Positions 30,264 through 40,068 are shown, numbered from the stretch's first letter. The stretch: 64,000 nucleotides of DNA from an uncultured Gemmatimonadales bacterium (GCA_963730915.1 CAVSTR010000004.1:535014-599013), one strand, 5' to 3'. Translations and numbers: made by a program. Notes: a model not told the origin generated them from the letters alone.

Positions 30264-31937
30264 ATGGCCCCGACCGAACTCAGCAGGGAACAGCAGATCC
30301 AGCAGGATGTCAGAGACCTGCACCGGCTCGGCTATGCCCAGCAGCTGTTCCGCGAGATGGGTGGATTCTCGAACTTTGCCATCTCCTTCTCGATCATTTC
30401 GATTCTGACGGGTGCGGTCCTTCTCTACGGCTACGGGCTCAAGTTCGCCGGGCCGATCATCAACACGGTCGGCTGGCCGCTCATCAGTGTGCTCACGCTC
30501 TGCGTGGCGGCGTCGATGGCGGAGCTGGCGTCGGCCTACCCGACCGCGGGAGGGCTCTACTTCTGGGCCTACCGGCTGGGCGGCCGGGGCTGGGCCTGGA
30601 CCACCGCGTGGCTCAACATGATCGGCCAGATCACCATCACGGCCGGGATCAACGTCGCCGCCTCGATCTACATCATCGGGGCCGTCACCCGCATCTTCGA
30701 CGTCCCGGCAGACGCCTCGGTGCCGGTCTTCGGGGCCACGACGAGCTGGTACTTCCAGATCTTCGTGATGGTGCTGATCATGATCCCCCAGGTGCTGATC
30801 AACATCCGGGGCATCCGGCTGACCGCCAGACTCAACGATTTCAGCGTCTACTGGCACATCGTCGGCGTAGCCGTCATCGTGGCGCTGCTGATCTTTCTCG
30901 GACGGCACCACAACAGCCTCGAGCTTCATGTTCTCCGGCTCGACCAGCGTCAACCCGCTCGACGCCTCTTCGGCCGACCTCGGCAGGGGCGTGCCCGAGC
31001 CGGCGCTGGTCTTCGGGAACTTCAAGTTTGCCGTCGCCGCTCTTCGCGCTGGTTCCCGGCCTCACCGATCTGTACCGGGCCGCGCCGTTCGTGCTCTGCT
31101 TCCTGCTCGCGACCCTGCAGGCGCAGTGGACCTACACCGGATACGACGCCTCGGCGCACGTGGCCGAGGAGACAGTGATGGCTCGGCTCAACTCCGCGTG
31201 GGGCGTCTTCCTCTCGGTGGCGGTCTCCGCGGTGGTGGGGTATATCGTGCTGCTGGCGCTGACCTGGTCGATCCCCGAGGGGAAGGTCGGCCGAAACCGC
31301 GGCCGACGCCTACCCGGTGCTGTACATCGTCTACAACAACCTCTCGACCTTCTTCGCCAACGTCGTGGCGATCATCATCGGCGTGGCGATGTGGCTCTGC
31401 GGCCTGGCCTCGATCACCTCGATGGGCCGGATGTGGTACGCGTTCGCCCGCGACGACGGGATGCCGGGCTCACGCCTCATCAAGCAGGTGAGCCCGACGT
31501 ACCGGACGCCGGTCTGGTCGATCGTCATCACCAGCGTGCTCGCCGTGTTGATCTGCCTCTACGCGGCGGCGTTCTTCGTGGTCACGTCGATCAGCACCAT
31601 CACCCTCTATCTGGCGTACATGTTTCCGATCTATCTCAACTGGCGCAACAAGCGCCGCGGCCAGGGCGAGTTCACCACGCCGGCGACGGCCCCGTGGAGC
31701 ATGGGACGGTGGGGGCCGCTGGTGAACGTCATCGCGATCGTGTGGGTGATGATCATTTCGGTCATCTTCAGCCTGCCGCCGAACGAGCTGGTGCTCTGGA
31801 CCATGCTGGGCCTCGCCGCCGTCCTTACCCTCTACTGGCAGCTGTCCGCCAAGAGGAACTTCGTCGGACCGGGCAAGACCGACGAAGCGGCGCTCCGAAA
31901 GCTCGAGGCGGCGTTCGCACCCGCAACAGCGAGCTAA
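30264..31937 (+). pseudogene. APC-superfamily amino acid/amine permease with three +1 frame breaks
   Basis: The protein is recoverable only by joining four pieces. These are ORF 30264.. (to ..LLIFLGRHHNS), ORF 30928.. (FMFSGSTSVNPLD..ALVFGNFKF), the 30104-frame (PLFALVPGLTDLYRAAPFVLCFLLATLQAQWTYTGYDASAHVAEE..SIPEGKV) and ORF 31317.. (..AYPVLYIVYNNL.. to the stop). Breaks lie at about 30915, 31030 and 31289. Confidence 0.8.
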
Positions 31938-31945
31938 AAGCCGTC

Positions 31946-33361
31946 ATGCAGAATCTGCTCATTGGAGACCGGCGCCCCACCGGCGCCGGCACGATCAGTG
32001 TTACCGAGCCCGCGCGCGGTAAGCCGATGGCCGAGGTGGCCTCGGCGGGCCCCGGGGAGCTGGACCAGGCCGTTGCCGCGGCGAGCCAGGCATTTCCCAT
32101 GTGGTCGGAGAAGACCGCCGTAGCACGGGCGGAAATTCTGTTCCGCTTTTCAGACGTCGTGCGGGCCCACGTCGATGAGCTGGCGACGCTCGAGGCGCGG
32201 AACGTCGGCAAGCCCATCGGCGACGCGCGGTGGGAGGCCAACCACGTCGCCGACACCCTGCGGTACTACGCCGGGGCCGCCGACAAGTTCTTCGGGGAAT
32301 CGATTCAGACGGCCAAGGCCGGTCTCGATATCACGCTGCGCCAGCCGCTCGGTGTGGTGGGACTGATCGTGCCGTGGAACTTCCCCATGGTGATCGCCAC
32401 CTGGAAGCTCGGTCCCGCCCTCGCCTGCGGCAACACCGTCGTGCTCAAGCCCGCCAGCCTCACGCCACTCACCGCGATCCGCCTGGGAGAGCTCGGCCTC
32501 GAGGCGGGGCTTCCGCCCGGGGTGCTGAACGTGATCCCCGGCCCCGGCGCCAAGATCGGCCAGCAGCTGTCGGCGCATCCCGACATCGCCAAGATCGCAT
32601 TCACCGGCGAGACCGAAACCGGCCGGCGGATCATGGCCACGGCCGCCGAGACCATTAAGCGCGTCTCGCTCGAGCTGGGCGGTAAGTCGCCCAACATCAT
32701 CTTTGCCGACGTCGACGTCGAAGAGGCGGCCAAACACGCCTGCGCTTCGGTGTTCGCCAACGCGGGCCAGGACTGCTGCGCCCGGGCCCGGGTGATCGTC
32801 GAGCGCAGGATTTATTCGAAGCTGGTCGAGGCAATGGCTACCGTCGCCAGGAACATGCGGGTGGGGAACCCGTTGGATGACAAAACCGACATGGGCCCCG
32901 TCATTTCCTCCAGCCAGCGCGACCGCACCGAGAGCTACGTGGCACTGGGCCGGCAGGAGGGCGCGCGCCATGTCTGTGGCGGGGAGCGGCTGGACGGCGA
33001 CGGCTTTTTCCTGCGGCCCGCGATCTTCGACAACGCCCGGCCCGGCATGCGGATCGTGAACGAGGAGATCTTCGGGCCGATGGTCGTGGTCATTCCGTTC
33101 GACACCGAAGCCGAAGCAGTCGCCATCGCCAACGACTCGATCTACGGGCTGTCGGGCTCGCTCTGGACCAACGACCTCAAGCGAGGTCTGCGCGTCGCTC
33201 GCGCGGTGCGCACCGGAGTCCTGTCGGTCAACTCGTCGTCCAGCGTCCACCTGCAAGCCCCGTTCGGAGGTTTCAAGCAGTCGGGTCTGGGACGCGAGCT
33301 GGGGATGCACGCAATGGAGCACTACACCGAGCTGAAGAACATCTATTTCGAGACGAGCTAG
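31946..33361 (+). CDS. NAD(P)-dependent aldehyde dehydrogenase (aminobutyraldehyde / PuuC-like)
   Basis: VPWNFP, ELGGKSP, FANAGQDCCA (catalytic Cys) and EEIFGP. This is the C-terminal 471 aa of the artificial 1085-aa ORF. Confidence 0.9.
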   Translation: MQNLLIGDRRPTGAGTISVTEPARGKPMAEVASAGPGELDQAVAAASQAFPMWSEKTAVARAEILFRFSDVVRAHVDELATLEARNVGKPIGDARWEANHVADTLRYYAGAADKFFGESIQTAKAGLDITLRQPLGVVGLIVPWNFPMVIATWKLGPALACGNTVVLKPASLTPLTAIRLGELGLEAGLPPGVLNVIPGPGAKIGQQLSAHPDIAKIAFTGETETGRRIMATAAETIKRVSLELGGKSPNIIFADVDVEEAAKHACASVFANAGQDCCARARVIVERRIYSKLVEAMATVARNMRVGNPLDDKTDMGPVISSSQRDRTESYVALGRQEGARHVCGGERLDGDGFFLRPAIFDNARPGMRIVNEEIFGPMVVVIPFDTEAEAVAIANDSIYGLSGSLWTNDLKRGLRVARAVRTGVLSVNSSSSVHLQAPFGGFKQSGLGRELGMHAMEHYTELKNIYFETS

Positions 33362-33362
33362 G

Positions 33363-34727
33363 GTGAAGACGATCTCTCTGTCGGAGCTGGAACAGATGGC
33401 GGCGGCCGACACGGTGGATACCGTGCTCACCGTGTTCCCCGATCAGCAGGGACGGCTGGCGGGCAAGCGCTACACGGCTCGCACCTTTCTGAGCCAGGCG
33501 CACGAAGGATGGGAGGGATGTGACTATCTGCTCGGCTGCGATCTCGAGAACGAGCCGCTCTCGGGATACAGCTCGTTCTCCTGGGAGCGCGGCTACGGCG
33601 ACTTCATGGTGCGCCCCGACCTCGGCACCCTGGTCCTGATTCCGTGGCTTCAGCGGACCGCGCTGGTGCTGGGCGACATCGAGGGGAAGGACGGTCAGCC
33701 GCTGCCGTTCGCGCCGCGCCAGATCCTCAGGACCCAGGTGCAGCGCGCCGAGCAGATGGGTCTCACCATCCGCATCGCGTCCGAGCTGGAGTTTTACGTC
33801 TTCAACGACAGCTACGAACACGCGGCGGCACGGCGCTACCAGGACCTGGACACCTCCGGCAAGTACATCCAGGACTATCACATCCTGCAGACTACCAAGG
33901 AAGAGAAGCTGATGCAGCCGCTGCGCCGCTATTTCGACGCGCTCGGCTTCGGGGTGGAGAACTCGAAGGGCGAATGGGGGCCGGGACAGGAAGAGCTCAA
34001 CCTGGGTCACGAGGAGCCGGTGGAGATGGCCGACCGGCACAGCATCTTCAAGCACGGCGTCAAGGAAGTCGCCGCCCTGATGGGGATGTCGGTGACCTTC
34101 ATGGCGAAGTGGAACACGGGCTTCGCCGGCAACTCCTGCCACGTGCACAGCTCGATCTGGGACAGCAAGACCGACGCGCCGCTCGGCTGGGAGCCGAAGG
34201 GGCCGGCCCACATGTCGCCCCGGCTCGCCGCGTGGACCGCGGGCCAGCTGGAGCTGGGCCGGGAGCTGAGCGTGTTCTATGCGCCGTACGTGAACAGTTA
34301 TCGCCGATACCAGGCGGGTTCGTTCGCACCGACGCGCCTCGTGGCGGGCGTAGACAACCGCACCTGCGGCCTCCGGATTCTGGGCCACTCGCCCAAGGCG
34401 ATTCGAGTGGAGAACCGTTCCCCCGGCGCCGATGCCAACCCCTATCTGGCGTTCGCGGCCACGATCGCTGCCGGTCTGTACGGCATCGAGCAGAACCTCA
34501 AGTTCGAGGGACTCTATACCGGCAACGCCTACGCCGATCCCGCCGTTCGTCAGGTTCCGATGACGCTGTACCAAGCTGTCGAGCTGTTTGCGGCCTCGAA
34601 GGCCGCCCGAGCTGCCTTCGGCGATCTAGTCGTGGATCACTACGTAAACACGGCCCGACAGGAGCAGGCAGTATACGACCGCCGGGTGACTGATCTGGAT
34701 CTGCAACGGAACTTCGAGAGGGCCTGA
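33363..34727 (+). CDS. glutamine synthetase family protein (gamma-glutamyl-amine synthetase, PuuA/GlnA3-like)
   Basis: ELEFYVFNDSY, NSCHVHSSIW and NRSPGADANPYLA motifs of the type-I GS fold. Confidence 0.85.
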   Translation: MKTISLSELEQMAAADTVDTVLTVFPDQQGRLAGKRYTARTFLSQAHEGWEGCDYLLGCDLENEPLSGYSSFSWERGYGDFMVRPDLGTLVLIPWLQRTALVLGDIEGKDGQPLPFAPRQILRTQVQRAEQMGLTIRIASELEFYVFNDSYEHAAARRYQDLDTSGKYIQDYHILQTTKEEKLMQPLRRYFDALGFGVENSKGEWGPGQEELNLGHEEPVEMADRHSIFKHGVKEVAALMGMSVTFMAKWNTGFAGNSCHVHSSIWDSKTDAPLGWEPKGPAHMSPRLAAWTAGQLELGRELSVFYAPYVNSYRRYQAGSFAPTRLVAGVDNRTCGLRILGHSPKAIRVENRSPGADANPYLAFAATIAAGLYGIEQNLKFEGLYTGNAYADPAVRQVPMTLYQAVELFAASKAARAAFGDLVVDHYVNTARQEQAVYDRRVTDLDLQRNFERA

Positions 34728-34746
34728 TGCGGCCGAGGTGCTCCTG

Positions 34747-35532
34747 ATGTCTCGACTCGACGGCAAGGTGGCGGTCATTACCGGTTCCGGAGCCGGACTC
34801 GGCGCCGAAGCCGCCAGGCTGTTTGCCCGGGAAGGCTGCGCGGTGGTGGTGAGCGACACCGACGCCACCGCGGGCGAGCGCGTGGTGGGAGAGATCAAGG
34901 CTGCAGGCGGCAAGGCGGTCTTCATCGCCGCCGACGTTCGCTCCGAGCGACCAGGTCGAGGCCTTTACGCCGGCGCCCGAAAGGCGTTCGGTCAGGTCAA
35001 CGTGCTGTACAACAACGCGGGGATGTCGCCGGGTGACGACGATGGCGTCGTCAACACCCCGGATGAGATCTGGGACCTGGTGCTCGACATCAACGTGAAG
35101 GGCGTGGCCCGCTGCTGCCGGGCCGGCATTCCCTATCTGCGGGAGGCCGGCGGCGGCTCCATCATCAACGTCGCCAGCTTCGTGGCGACGGTCGGCGCGG
35201 CCACACCCCAGATCGCCTATACCGCATCGAAAGGGGCTGTGCTCTCCATGACGAGAGAGATCGCGGTCATTCATGCTCGCGAGCGAATTCGAGCCAACGC
35301 GCTCTCTCCCGGGCCGGTGCGCACCGCTCTGCTGGAGAAGTTTCTGTCGACCGAAGAGAAACGACAGCGGCGGCTGGTGCACGTTCCCATGGGCCGCTTC
35401 GGCGAGCCGCGGGAGATCGCGCAGGCGGCGCTGTTCCTCGCGTCGGACGAATCGTCGTACATCACCGGCGCCGATTTCAGGGTGGATGGGGGGATCACCG
35501 CGGCCTACGTGACGCCGGAAGGAAAAGCGTAA
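34747..35532 (+). CDS. SDR family oxidoreductase
   Basis: [12 protein letters not shown] and YTASKGAV (YxxxK). GAGGTG SD lies 7 nt before ATG 34747. Confidence 0.85.
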   Translation: MSRLDGKVAVITGSGAGLGAEAARLFAREGCAVVVSDTDATAGERVVGEIKAAGGKAVFIAADVRSERPGRGLYAGARKAFGQVNVLYNNAGMSPGDDDGVVNTPDEIWDLVLDINVKGVARCCRAGIPYLREAGGGSIINVASFVATVGAATPQIAYTASKGAVLSMTREIAVIHARERIRANALSPGPVRTALLEKFLSTEEKRQRRLVHVPMGRFGEPREIAQAALFLASDESSYITGADFRVDGGITAAYVTPEGKA

Positions 35533-35586
35533 CCGGGGAAGAAAAGCGTGAGCGGGACTAGGACAAGCGTTGAGCGGGCAAAGCGA

Positions 35587-35714
35587 GTCATCCCGAGCGG
35601 AGCGAGGGATCGTCCAATGAGACGTCCATAACTGGATCTCTGTACAAACGTCGCGTTAAGCGATCCCCCTCGCATCGATTGCCCGGGGCAGGCTCTCGCT
35701 CCGCTCGGGATGAC
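35587..35714. repeat. REP/MITE-like palindromic element (same family as 30027-30172)
   Basis: GTCATCCCGAGCGGAGCGAGGGATCG ... CGATCCCCCTCGC ... CTCGCTCCGCTCGGGATGAC. Confidence 0.75.
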
Positions 35715-35987
35715 ATCCTCCCAAATACGAAAACCGCCGACTACCAGACGCCAGCTGACATAGTCGAGCATGAACAAGCACGCCTCCGTGCAGCTGTGCG
35801 TTGGGCGCTGCCAGCCTTTGGCTTGGGACTGGTTGGATTAGCTGTTGGTTTTCTGGGCTACAGCATCGGGAATCTTGCTCTTCGACGACTTGCCTTGGGT
35901 ATTGCCGCCAGCGGGATTGTGCTTGGAGCATTCGGCGTAGTTCGACTCATGTGGATCATTGTCGCTGGCATACTACGCAATAAATAG
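35679..35987 (+). CDS. small two-TM membrane protein (possible first cassette; start uncertain, 5' part reads through the REP element)
   Basis: WALPAFGLGLVGLAVGFLGYSIG and IAASGIVLGAFGVVRLMWIIVAGIL helices. Followed directly by attC1. Confidence 0.3.
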   Translation: MPGAGSRSARDDILPNTKTADYQTPADIVEHEQARLRAAVRWALPAFGLGLVGLAVGFLGYSIGNLALRRLALGIAASGIVLGAFGVVRLMWIIVAGILRNK

Positions 35988-36004
35988 CTTCGATGCCGGC
36001 ATCC

Positions 36005-36105
36005 GCCTAACAAGCGCATGCAGCTGACGGACGCTTCAGTTCTAAGGAACATAGGATATTGCGCGAGCGGCGGAGTCGCCGCGGCTGATGCGCGGTCCGT
36101 TAGAC
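36005..36105 (+). repeat. attC 1
   Basis: GCCTAAC-AAGCGCATGCAGCTG...GCGGCTGATGCGCGGTCC-GTTAGAC. Confidence 0.75.
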
Positions 36106-36197
36106 CGCGGGCGGTTGTCCGCTTCTCGCGTAGGCATTAGGAAGGAGCGCTCCCGAGCAGTCATACCACTATTTGGTCCACAGGGAGGTATTTCGCG

Positions 36198-36848
36198 ATG
36201 GATGCAGCCCCCTCCCAGTATCGCACACTAATAGCAGTTACCAGCCTGATCGTGGGTCCGGCGCTGATGAGCATCGGGGACCTTTTCCATCCTGCAGAGA
36301 GCTGGGCAGCAGCTGCTCAGGTCGCGATCTTGGCAGAGTCGGCCTCGCGGTGGTATGTAGCTCATCTACTCCTATTCGTGGGAATGCTCCTCTTCATCCC
36401 GGGTATCCTAGCGCTTACGACGGTGGTGAGCAGGCGGAGACCCGCGGCCGGGTATGTTGCTAGGCTGCTCATGCTCGCTTCGGTGGGTGCCTTGTCAGCA
36501 GTGTTCGTGTTCGAGATGGTGCTGGGGCATTTCATCTGGGCTGGCGCCGGCCAGCAGGCCGCTGTCGCCCTCCTGGAAACCTTCCAGTCGGCCGCGGTCT
36601 TCGGGGCGCTCATGCCGGGCCTACTCGCGTTCTTCATTGGCACCGCGTTCGCAGTCGTGCCGCTGGCGTCCACGCCAGGTCCATTTCGGCTACCGGCACT
36701 CGGTTTCGCACTCGGCGCAACCCTGATTATGGGCGAGATCATCCTGGCCCAAGTGCTGCTGAGCCAAATCGGAAATATTATGATCCTTGTTGCCGGTACT
36801 GGCTTTGCACGGTCGCTCCTCCGTAGTAGAGGGGATGGACTAGTCTGA
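36198..36848 (+). CDS. cassette 1: polytopic membrane protein of unknown function
   Basis: About 6 hydrophobic helices. Single ORF between attC1 and attC2. Confidence 0.6.
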   Translation: MDAAPSQYRTLIAVTSLIVGPALMSIGDLFHPAESWAAAAQVAILAESASRWYVAHLLLFVGMLLFIPGILALTTVVSRRRPAAGYVARLLMLASVGALSAVFVFEMVLGHFIWAGAGQQAAVALLETFQSAAVFGALMPGLLAFFIGTAFAVVPLASTPGPFRLPALGFALGATLIMGEIILAQVLLSQIGNIMILVAGTGFARSLLRSRGDGLV

Positions 36849-36891
36849 CCTATTGTAGGGGCGCACGTGATCACCAACCACATTATGCGCG

Positions 36892-36992
36892 GTCTAACAA
36901 GCGCATGCAGCTGGCGGGCGCTTCAGCTCTAAGGAACGTTAGATAGTGTCCAAGCCGGCAAGTCGCCGCAGCTGATGCGCGGTCCGTTAGGC
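36892..36992 (+). repeat. attC 2
   Basis: GTCTAAC...GCAGCTGATGCGCGGTCC-GTTAGGC. Its R'' flank CGCGGTCTAAC is the reverse complement of the attC1 R' flank GTTAGACCGCG. Confidence 0.8.
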
Positions 36993-37022
36993 GGCGGATC
37001 ACGTCCCTCAACTCTCATTGTC

Positions 37023-37949
37023 ATGTCCGTGTTCAAATACGATATCGCGATTTCCCTCCTTGATCGTGACCTTGGACTCGCGCACGAAATAGCAAATCTC
37101 GTCAGCGACCGAGTGCCCGTCTTTCTTTACTCCGAGCAGCAGAGGCAGTTGGTCGCGAACGACGGCATGGATGAGTTCACGTCGGTATTTCGAAGGGAAT
37201 CGCGAACAGTACTCGTTCTTGCTCGCAAAGAATGGGGGCACACCAGTGGACACGGATTGAGGAGACAGCCATCAAGAATCGGGGGCTGACAGATGGATGG
37301 GATTTCGTAACCGTAGTTCCGCTGGATGGCAAGGAATCCGTCCCAGATTGGGTGCCTCAAACATACATTTGGGCGGATCTCGCGCGGTTGGGGGTGGCTG
37401 GGCTCGTCGCGGTTCTGGAGCGCAAACTTAAAGATCGCGGTTCTGCGATCAAGCCGGAAACGGCCCTTGACCTCCACGCCCCGGCTTCAGCGCGAGGCCC
37501 AAGAAAAGGAAAAGCGCTCTGCATTTCTTGGATCAAAGGCAGGTGCGGATGCAGCCGACGCCGAGTACACCCGGCTCGAAAGGGAAATCGAACCGAAGGC
37601 GACCCAGCTTGGGATGCAGGTCTCCAAGACCAGCTCGGCTCACCGCGGCATTACGCTTACACTGAAACGGCTAAGCCTTTCATTTGCGTGGGTCCGCCAG
37701 TACTCCAACAACCTCGACGGCTCAGAATTGCAGGTTAGGCTGTGGGATGGGATGCTTAGCCAAGACGTAGGGCGTGAGTTTCGTGCCAAGACTTCCAAGG
37801 ATTTGATGCTCGACTTCGACTCGCTCGCCGATCTTCACGGATGGCGGGAGCATAAAGGGCAATGCCGATTCTTCAGCTCGACTGAGTTGGTTGAATACAC
37901 ACTTAAGGCTCTCCTCAACGCAGTGGCCGGAAATAAGAAGGAGCTCTGA
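37023..37949 (+). pseudogene. cassette 2: TIR-like N-terminal domain protein (about 308 aa), two homopolymer frame breaks
   Basis: Joined from ORFs 36975.., 37232.. and 37326... MSVFKYDIAISLLDRDLGLAHEIANLV..RTVLVLARKEWG / HQWTRIEETAIKNR.. / ..RLQREAQEKEKR...NKKEL. Breaks are at the G5 run 37234-37238 and the C4 run 37479-37482. Confidence 0.45.
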
Positions 37950-37958
37950 TCGATAGCC

Positions 37959-38058
37959 GCCTAACAAGCGCATGCAGCCGACGGCGCTTCATGTGTAAGG
38001 AACGTTGGTTTGTGCGCATCCTAGGCAGTCGCCGCAGCTGATGCGTGGTCCGTTAGGC
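37959..38058 (+). repeat. attC 3
   Basis: GCCTAAC...GCAGCTGATGCGTGGTCC-GTTAGGC. Confidence 0.8.
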
Positions 38059-38083
38059 ATCCGCACCTCCGGGCAGGCACCCG

Positions 38084-38518
38084 ATGATTGAGTTCCGAAA
38101 GCGGATGTGGCTCTTGCCAGCAACCCTTGCGCTGACGTTAGTGCTCGGGATTATGCTCGCCGTTCTCGCCCGCGAGGTAATAATCTGCGTCGCGCTCGGG
38201 GACTGGGTAGCGGTACGTAGTTATGCGGTACCCGCGTTCATTCCTGTGGCGGGCCTTGTCTTCATTTGGTGGGGATACGCGTCGATCCTGACCCAGCAGA
38301 TCGATCACCAAGGCGTATCGGTACTTACGCTGCGATCTGGCCGCGTTGCGCTTCCGTGGTCCACAGTCAGGCGCGCCAGGTTCGAGCGCGCAACAGCTCT
38401 CCTCGAAGCCGGAGCGACCCGAGCCCGCATTGGATTCGCGATGTACAGCGACCACAAGGCAGCCGAGGCCTTTGCTCGAGCGCGCCTAGCAGAGTTTGGC
38501 GCACAAGTTGAGGGATAA
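38084..38518 (+). CDS. cassette 3: membrane-anchored protein of unknown function
   Basis: Two N-terminal TM helices and a soluble C-terminal about 70 aa. Sole ORF in the cassette. Confidence 0.55.
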   Translation: MIEFRKRMWLLPATLALTLVLGIMLAVLAREVIICVALGDWVAVRSYAVPAFIPVAGLVFIWWGYASILTQQIDHQGVSVLTLRSGRVALPWSTVRRARFERATALLEAGATRARIGFAMYSDHKAAEAFARARLAEFGAQVEG

Positions 38519-38535
38519 CTTCCGCTGGGGCGGAT

Positions 38536-38636
38536 GCCTAACAAGCGCATGCAGCTGGCGGTCGCTTCAGATCTAAGGAACGTAGGATTGTGAGTAGGCC
38601 GGCAGGTCGCCGCAGCTGATGCGCGGTCCGTTAGAC
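38536..38636 (+). repeat. attC 4
   Basis: GCCTAAC...GCAGCTGATGCGCGGTCC-GTTAGAC. Its R'' flank GCGGATGCCTAAC is the reverse complement of the attC3 R' flank (13/13). Confidence 0.8.
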
Positions 38637-38749
38637 AGCCTCACCACGAGGGAAGGCATTCCATTTGCGACGAGGGCTTTGTGAGGTGTCTTACCTTGTG
38701 AATCGTAATCTTTTTTGTTGCAGGCGTTGCGATTGTCGGCGGCGCCCTG

Positions 38750-39199
38750 ATGGCCTATCCGTACATCTATTATTGGGGCGCTGGCCGCTTCTGGGACAAA
38801 GCTGAGCCCGAGCTCCACCTCCTGACGGCGGGTTATCGGGGGCCTGTGCTTATCGTTTTCAGCGACTCATCGGGTGCACCGCCCAGGTATGAAGGGAAAG
38901 CCCGCCGCTATGACATTCCATTGTCGGGCTTCCTACGTACACAGTTTGGACCCAATCAAGGCTGGGGCCGCCCCGATTATGAATATGTCGATGCTGCCGG
39001 GAAGCGAACGAGGATCGTCCCAGGCACTCCCTGCAACCTTTCCCTTCCAGGAGATTCTGTTCAAGCGTGCTCAATGGGCAGAAAGTTCATAAAAGGCCGA
39101 TCGCCTGAGTATTCCGCGTATGTCGTCAGCCGGCGCGACAACCGGCGGCAGCTCTACGAGCGCGGCATAGTCTGGTGCGGGCGGTTGTGTTCGGAATAG
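38750..39199 (+). CDS. cassette 4: hypothetical protein (probably N-terminally longer)
   Basis: ORF as tracked. GTG 38698 (GAGGTG SD 9 nt upstream) would add a signal-anchor MNRNLFVAGVAIVGGALM if the T6 run 38711-38716 is one base too long. Confidence 0.5.
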   Translation: MAYPYIYYWGAGRFWDKAEPELHLLTAGYRGPVLIVFSDSSGAPPRYEGKARRYDIPLSGFLRTQFGPNQGWGRPDYEYVDAAGKRTRIVPGTPCNLSLPGDSVQACSMGRKFIKGRSPEYSAYVVSRRDNRRQLYERGIVWCGRLCSE

Positions 39200-39214
39200 A
39201 CGCTAGGTGATGCT

Positions 39215-39308
39215 GTCTAACAAGCGCATGCAGCGGACGGGCGCTTCAAATTCAAGGAACGTTAGATAGTGCCTACCCGTAAAAGTCGCCGTGCGCGGTC
39301 CGTTAGGC
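39215..39308 (+). repeat. attC 5 (7-bp deletion in the L' arm)
   Basis: GTCTAAC...GTCGCC-GTGCGCGGTCC-GTTAGGC lacks the GCAGCTGAT segment present in the other copies. Confidence 0.7.
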
Positions 39309-39325
39309 AGCGACAGAGAGACCCC

Positions 39326-39925
39326 GTGGACCTCAGTGTTATTGCGCTAACGAATACCATCGAGCGCCCCATCGGTTGGATCAGCCTGCTTCCTGACGGT
39401 TCCATCTCCGTCGGCCTGCGGGATCGCACTTTCATTGCCGCCCCAATCGACGCCCGACTGGATCTTTGGAATGCTGATAATCGCGTGACAGTCGAGTTCC
39501 TGGTGCCAGATGCGCCAGATCAGCTAGTTATGGTTCGGAATCCACATCTGACATTTCATCCTCCTATCGCATTCCATCTGGTGGCGAACGACAGTCAAGA
39601 GCTCTTCGCCGGTATCGCGGATCTCCAAATCATGCTGGACGAAATCCCGGAAGTGCCGTGGATTAGGTTTGTATCTCGTCCCGCTGAAGAGATCAAGCCG
39701 AGCGCGGGCCCTCGCAAGCCTGGCCGAACTCAATTCATCTCTCTCCCGCTGACCTCGACCCGCTGTTCCGTAGGTGTTGCGGTTGATTTTGTACAGCCCG
39801 GAAGTCGGGGGCCGTCCGGGCGCCCGATAGATTACTTCGCAGATTGTGGGGCCAATCGCATACGTGTGTCTTGTGAGCCACTCGCGCCGCAATCACCCAC
39901 TTTAGCATGGTACCACCAACACTAA
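39326..39925 (+). CDS. cassette 5: hypothetical protein
   Basis: The ORF-track start 39269 lies inside attC5. GTG 39326 is the first start past the core site. Confidence 0.5.
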   Translation: MDLSVIALTNTIERPIGWISLLPDGSISVGLRDRTFIAAPIDARLDLWNADNRVTVEFLVPDAPDQLVMVRNPHLTFHPPIAFHLVANDSQELFAGIADLQIMLDEIPEVPWIRFVSRPAEEIKPSAGPRKPGRTQFISLPLTSTRCSVGVAVDFVQPGSRGPSGRPIDYFADCGANRIRVSCEPLAPQSPTLAWYHQH

Positions 39926-39941
39926 GCACTAGAGCGGCGCT

Positions 39942-40040
39942 GACTAACAAGCGCATGCAGCCGACGGCGCTTCAGGTCTAAGGAACGTTGGATTGTGCCC
40001 AGTGGAGAAGTCGCCGCAGCTGATGCGCGGTCCGTTATGT
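39942..40040 (+). repeat. attC 6
   Basis: GACTAAC...GCAGCTGATGCGCGGTCC-GTTATGT (variant core). Confidence 0.7.
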
Positions 40041-40068
40041 GGCCCCGACCGGCTAGGGGGTTCCCTCG

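Noticed and set aside
30104-33361. A 1085-aa ORF that looks like a giant fusion protein.
   Set aside because: Its first ~610 aa are Arg/Pro/Gly-rich out-of-frame read-through of the REP element and the permease gene. Only one internal ~85-aa stretch is genuine permease sequence. Only the last 471 aa (from ATG 31946) form a coherent aldehyde dehydrogenase.
32150-34574. Long antisense ORFs (32150..33430, 33273..34574). Similar ones occur at 7445..8242, 8488..9297, 58782..59801, 29306..30031 and 21477..22136.
   Set aside because: These are typical high-GC shadow ORFs opposite well-supported genes. Their translations are Arg/Pro/Gly/His-rich and lack motifs.
35650-35662. GTTAAGC at about 35655 as a possible attI or first-cassette boundary core site.
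   Set aside because: It sits inside the REP palindrome, where it pairs with GGGATCGTCCAATGAG of the other arm. It has no adjacent L-box-like sequence or integrase gene.
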